IMG/VR virus record: IMGVR_UViG_3300001528_000259
Span: 74,725 to 138,724 of that record
Direction: 5' to 3' (one strand)
Source of the DNA: a virus
Lineage: Duplodnaviria; Caudoviricetes
DNA length: 64,000 nucleotides
Of this stretch, positions 61,580 through 64,000 are shown one piece after another. Below the pieces are notes generated by a model. The model was not told the DNA's origin. It saw only the letters and a list, made by a program, of their open reading frames with translations, and made no database searches. Numbering within the stretch: the first letter of the stretch is position 1; each line of letters opens with the position of its first letter. Made by a program: the position numbers and the translations under genes.

Positions 61580-62329
61580 TTAGATTCTTTCGGTAATAGA
61601 TTTTATATTAACATAATATCTTTGCACAATGCTTTCTATTTGTGCTTTAGATATTGCACCGCTATCAAATTTGCTCCTGTAATAATTTACATCTTTATGG
61701 GTACCATCATTAAAATTAATTCGTGCTTTATATGTATGCAACACGTCATCTAATTTTTTCATACCATTAGAAATAGTTTGTCGGCTCATATGAGATAACG
61801 CTATTAAGTTTTCAATAGACGGAAATGATACTCCAGAGTCTCCATACTGGAACATCTTAATGAAATAGAGTAGCAAGATCAACTTGTCTCTTGAAGTGTC
61901 ATTAATTAAATTGTCAAACTCATCTCTATAGATTACAACAAACTCGTTCTCCGGCATAAACATATTGTAATCTAACTTTATTTCAAAAAATTTACTTCCA
62001 GGTTTTTGATGTATATATATGAATCCATCTTCTTGCATTTTAAAAATATTTGCCATAACAGCTGTTCTATTTTCTCCGCGAAGAGACAAGCCCATCATTT
62101 CACACAGCATATTCTCATTAGTGTAAAATCTAAATGCGCAATCCGCTCTGAAACGAATAAGCAGAAAAAGAGTTAACGCTTTATCATCATAATGCGGCTC
62201 ACTGATATCCGCCATATTCATTCTTAAGTTTTCAGAAAAACCTGCCGCGCCTTTTAAAAAATCTTCAGCTATGCTTTTTGAAACTGCGGCAAACGGTTTT
62301 TCAATTTTTTTCTTTTCTTTTTCCCCCAT
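61580..62329 (-). CDS. Winged-HTH DNA-binding protein, replication-initiator-like
   Basis: VSFPSIENLIALSHMSRQTISNGMKKL matches the HTH of phage replication initiators; adjacent to repeat arrays. Confidence 0.6.
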   Translation of the reverse strand: MGEKEKKKIEKPFAAVSKSIAEDFLKGAAGFSENLRMNMADISEPHYDDKALTLFLLIRFRADCAFRFYTNENMLCEMMGLSLRGENRTAVMANIFKMQEDGFIYIHQKPGSKFFEIKLDYNMFMPENEFVVIYRDEFDNLINDTSRDKLILLLYFIKMFQYGDSGVSFPSIENLIALSHMSRQTISNGMKKLDDVLHTYKARINFNDGTHKDVNYYRSKFDSGAISKAQIESIVQRYYVNIKSITERI

Positions 62330-62365
62330 AGACATCACCTCCAATCATTCTGTATTGTCAAGAAT

Positions 62366-62394
62366 ATTATAATATGTCGCTCGTCAATTGTCAA
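62366..62394 (-). promoter_or_regulatory. Sigma-A promoter
   Basis: TTGACA-17 bp-TATAAT, perfect consensus. Confidence 0.85.
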
Positions 62395-62426
62395 CAGGTT
62401 TTCGGAAGCGTTTACAAACCAGTTAC

Positions 62427-62538
62427 ATTTACTGTTGAAATTTATACAGTAAATTTCGTAACAGGATAATTTACTGTTGATTTTTATACAGTAAATTTCA
62501 CAACTGTGTAAATCACTGTTGATTTTTGCACAGTAAAT
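62427..62538. repeat. Three palindromic 28-bp repeats with 42-bp period
   Basis: ATTTACTGT-N10-ACAGTAAAT at 62427 and 62469, degenerate copy at 62511. Confidence 0.85.
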
Positions 62539-62544
62539 AGACTC

Positions 62545-62593
62545 TAATAACAGAGATCAATATATAATAACAGAAACCAATAAATAATAACAG
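62545..62593 (+). repeat. Three TAATAACAG direct repeats with 20-bp period
   Basis: Copies at 62545, 62565 and 62585 in an AT-rich tract. Confidence 0.8.
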
Positions 62594-62602
62594 TATTTTT
62601 CG

Positions 62603-62803
62603 CTAAACATTCGTCGTCGGCTCACGCATGTAGGTTTTGGTTTGACTCACTGTTCTATGCACTGTCCTCCAATTACAGTGTAGGTGCTCTGCGATCTGGT
62701 CTTTGGTCCAACCTTGGGTGTAGAGTGCAACGATCTGCTCTCGGTTATATTTACGGGGTCGTCCTCCTTTGAGTCCATTAATTGCGGATGCGGGATTGTG
62801 CAT
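62603..62803 (-). CDS. Small HTH DNA-binding protein
   Basis: NGLKGGRPRK followed by HTH (KDQIAEHLHCNWRTVHR); SD AAGGAG. Confidence 0.75.
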   Translation of the reverse strand: MHNPASAINGLKGGRPRKYNREQIVALYTQGWTKDQIAEHLHCNWRTVHRTVSQTKTYMREPTTNV

Positions 62804-62835
62804 GATTGATTCTCCTTTTGTGTTTGGTTGTGGGT

Positions 62836-62864
62836 ATTATATAGCGGGACTTTGGTTTTGTCAA
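62836..62864 (-). promoter_or_regulatory. Sigma-A promoter
   Basis: TTGACA-17 bp-TATAAT, perfect consensus. Confidence 0.85.
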
Positions 62865-63837
62865 TAGAATCTGGTGTGAATTTACGGGGAGTTCATAATT
62901 GGGTGTTGAGTTATATAGGCAGTCGCCGTTTGAGACAAGGTGTCGGGTCTGAATATTTAATATGAACGTATGGGGAACTTTTAGGTATGGGTTTTGGATG
63001 TTTTGTTCCCCATATGTGTTAGCGTTGTAGTTTTAATATATCCCCCATTGGGATTGGTATTGACTCTTGGGGGCGGAATAGAACATGGTCAATCCTTTAG
63101 GCAATACTATTGTTCTTCGCTTTGCTCATCACAATAGTACCGTCCTTGATCTTCAAGGACTTTGCCTTTCGCTGCTAAACGCAGCTCATATATAGGTCTT
63201 TGGTGTTTCGTATTGGGGTGTAATTTCCCGTATAGTTTAAAACTACCCCCCCATATGGCTAAGTATTAGTGTATTTTTAGGTATTGGTTTCTATATGGAT
63301 AAGTTGGAGGTAGATTTAGTTTATGATTCATTTTTGCCTAAGCAGTGTGCATTTTTTAGACTCAGAATAGACAATAGCAGTGTTTTACTGTGGCAGTTAA
63401 GAAAACAGATTGTTGAAATATGAGTTTAGTGTTGAGTTTGATAGTGGTAAATTTGCATAGGAAATAGCTTAGGTTATTGGATAATATTGTTTATTGTGCG
63501 AGTTTATGTAGGTTATTTTTTGCAAACGATAACAAAGTTGGGTTTGGTTTGCTGGCTGACGATTTGAAAATGTGTTGTGGAAAACGTTGTGGAAAAGTAA
63601 AAGAATGGTGGGAATTTACTGTGGAATTTTGTTGTGGAAAAGTTTTTGATATGTCGAGGTTGGATTTGAGGGAGTAGTATTGTTTTGAGTGCTGGAGATT
63701 AGTGTAGAGAGATGATTTTAGGGTGTTTATTTTGCGGTTAGTGTGTGAATTGATCACCCATAGGAAAAACTGTAAACCCTCGGCTTTTTCATGGTTTTTT
63801 CTATCCCCTAACGCCGAAAAATTCATATTTTTCGGTA

Positions 63838-63958
63838 TGTGATATAATAATAGTGTCCTCAAGAGGGACGGCAAAAAATCCCTCTTGAGAGATACATAAA
63901 TACAAGTCAAAAAATCAATCGGCTTGTAAATGTGCTATAATAAGAGTGTCAAGAGGGA
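63838..63958 (+). promoter_or_regulatory. Two tandem extended -10 promoters firing rightwards
   Basis: TGTGaTATAAT (-10 at 63843) and TGTGcTATAAT (-10 at 63936), each followed by AGTGTC..AAGAGGGA; the first also forms a hairpin, TCAAGAGGGA...TCCCTCTTGA. Confidence 0.6.
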
Positions 63959-64000
63959 ACAGTCCTAACAGACAACGACACCCGACCGACACAACGTTCA

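Noticed and set aside
62427-62538. Possible CRISPR mini-array
   Set aside because: Only 14 bp between repeats, three units and no cas genes; fits protein-binding sites better.
62427-62538. LexA (SOS) boxes
   Set aside because: Spacing is CTGT-N10-ACAG rather than N8, and Firmicutes LexA uses a different consensus.
63477-63910. 139-aa and 66-aa ORFs in the terminal region
   Set aside because: Low-complexity products of the G/T skew, no SD, and overlap with promoter-like elements.

Overview
This is a 64-kb segment of a large tailed phage (siphovirus) of a low-GC Firmicutes host, judged from strong GGAGGTG Shine-Dalgarno sites and canonical sigma-A promoters. Gene order resembles the SPbeta yon/yom block and almost everything is on the minus strand. 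From right to left: a non-coding, strand-switch/origin-like region (62.4-64 kb); small early genes under four near-consensus sigma-A promoters; a YonO-like single-subunit RNA polymerase; ClpP, PhoH, two atypical tRNAs, an HU-like protein, a metallophosphoesterase and free-standing HNH endonucleases; terminase, portal, protease/scaffold, decoration and major capsid genes; neck and tail-tube genes; an 18-kb fibre block with an embedded holin-amidase pair; a tape measure gene; Dit; and the start of a Tal-like gene. Main observations: (1) the three ORFs 10988-16012, 4970-9619 and 2225-3535 are one ~3700-aa tape measure gene interrupted by two group I introns (9699-11018 and 3608-4972), each with readable splice sites and core elements and its own Vsr-like homing endonuclease; (2) the tape measure protein carries an inserted ADP-ribosyltransferase-like domain; (3) a strand-specific 11-mer ACAAAATGATT recurs at gene junctions, at least 10 exact copies, and is a candidate signal for the phage RNAP; (4) all four early promoters have a TGTAAA-N5-TGTAAA-like direct repeat (WalR/PhoP-type) exactly 16 bp upstream of the -35 box. 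All family assignments come from motif recognition by eye; no searches were run.
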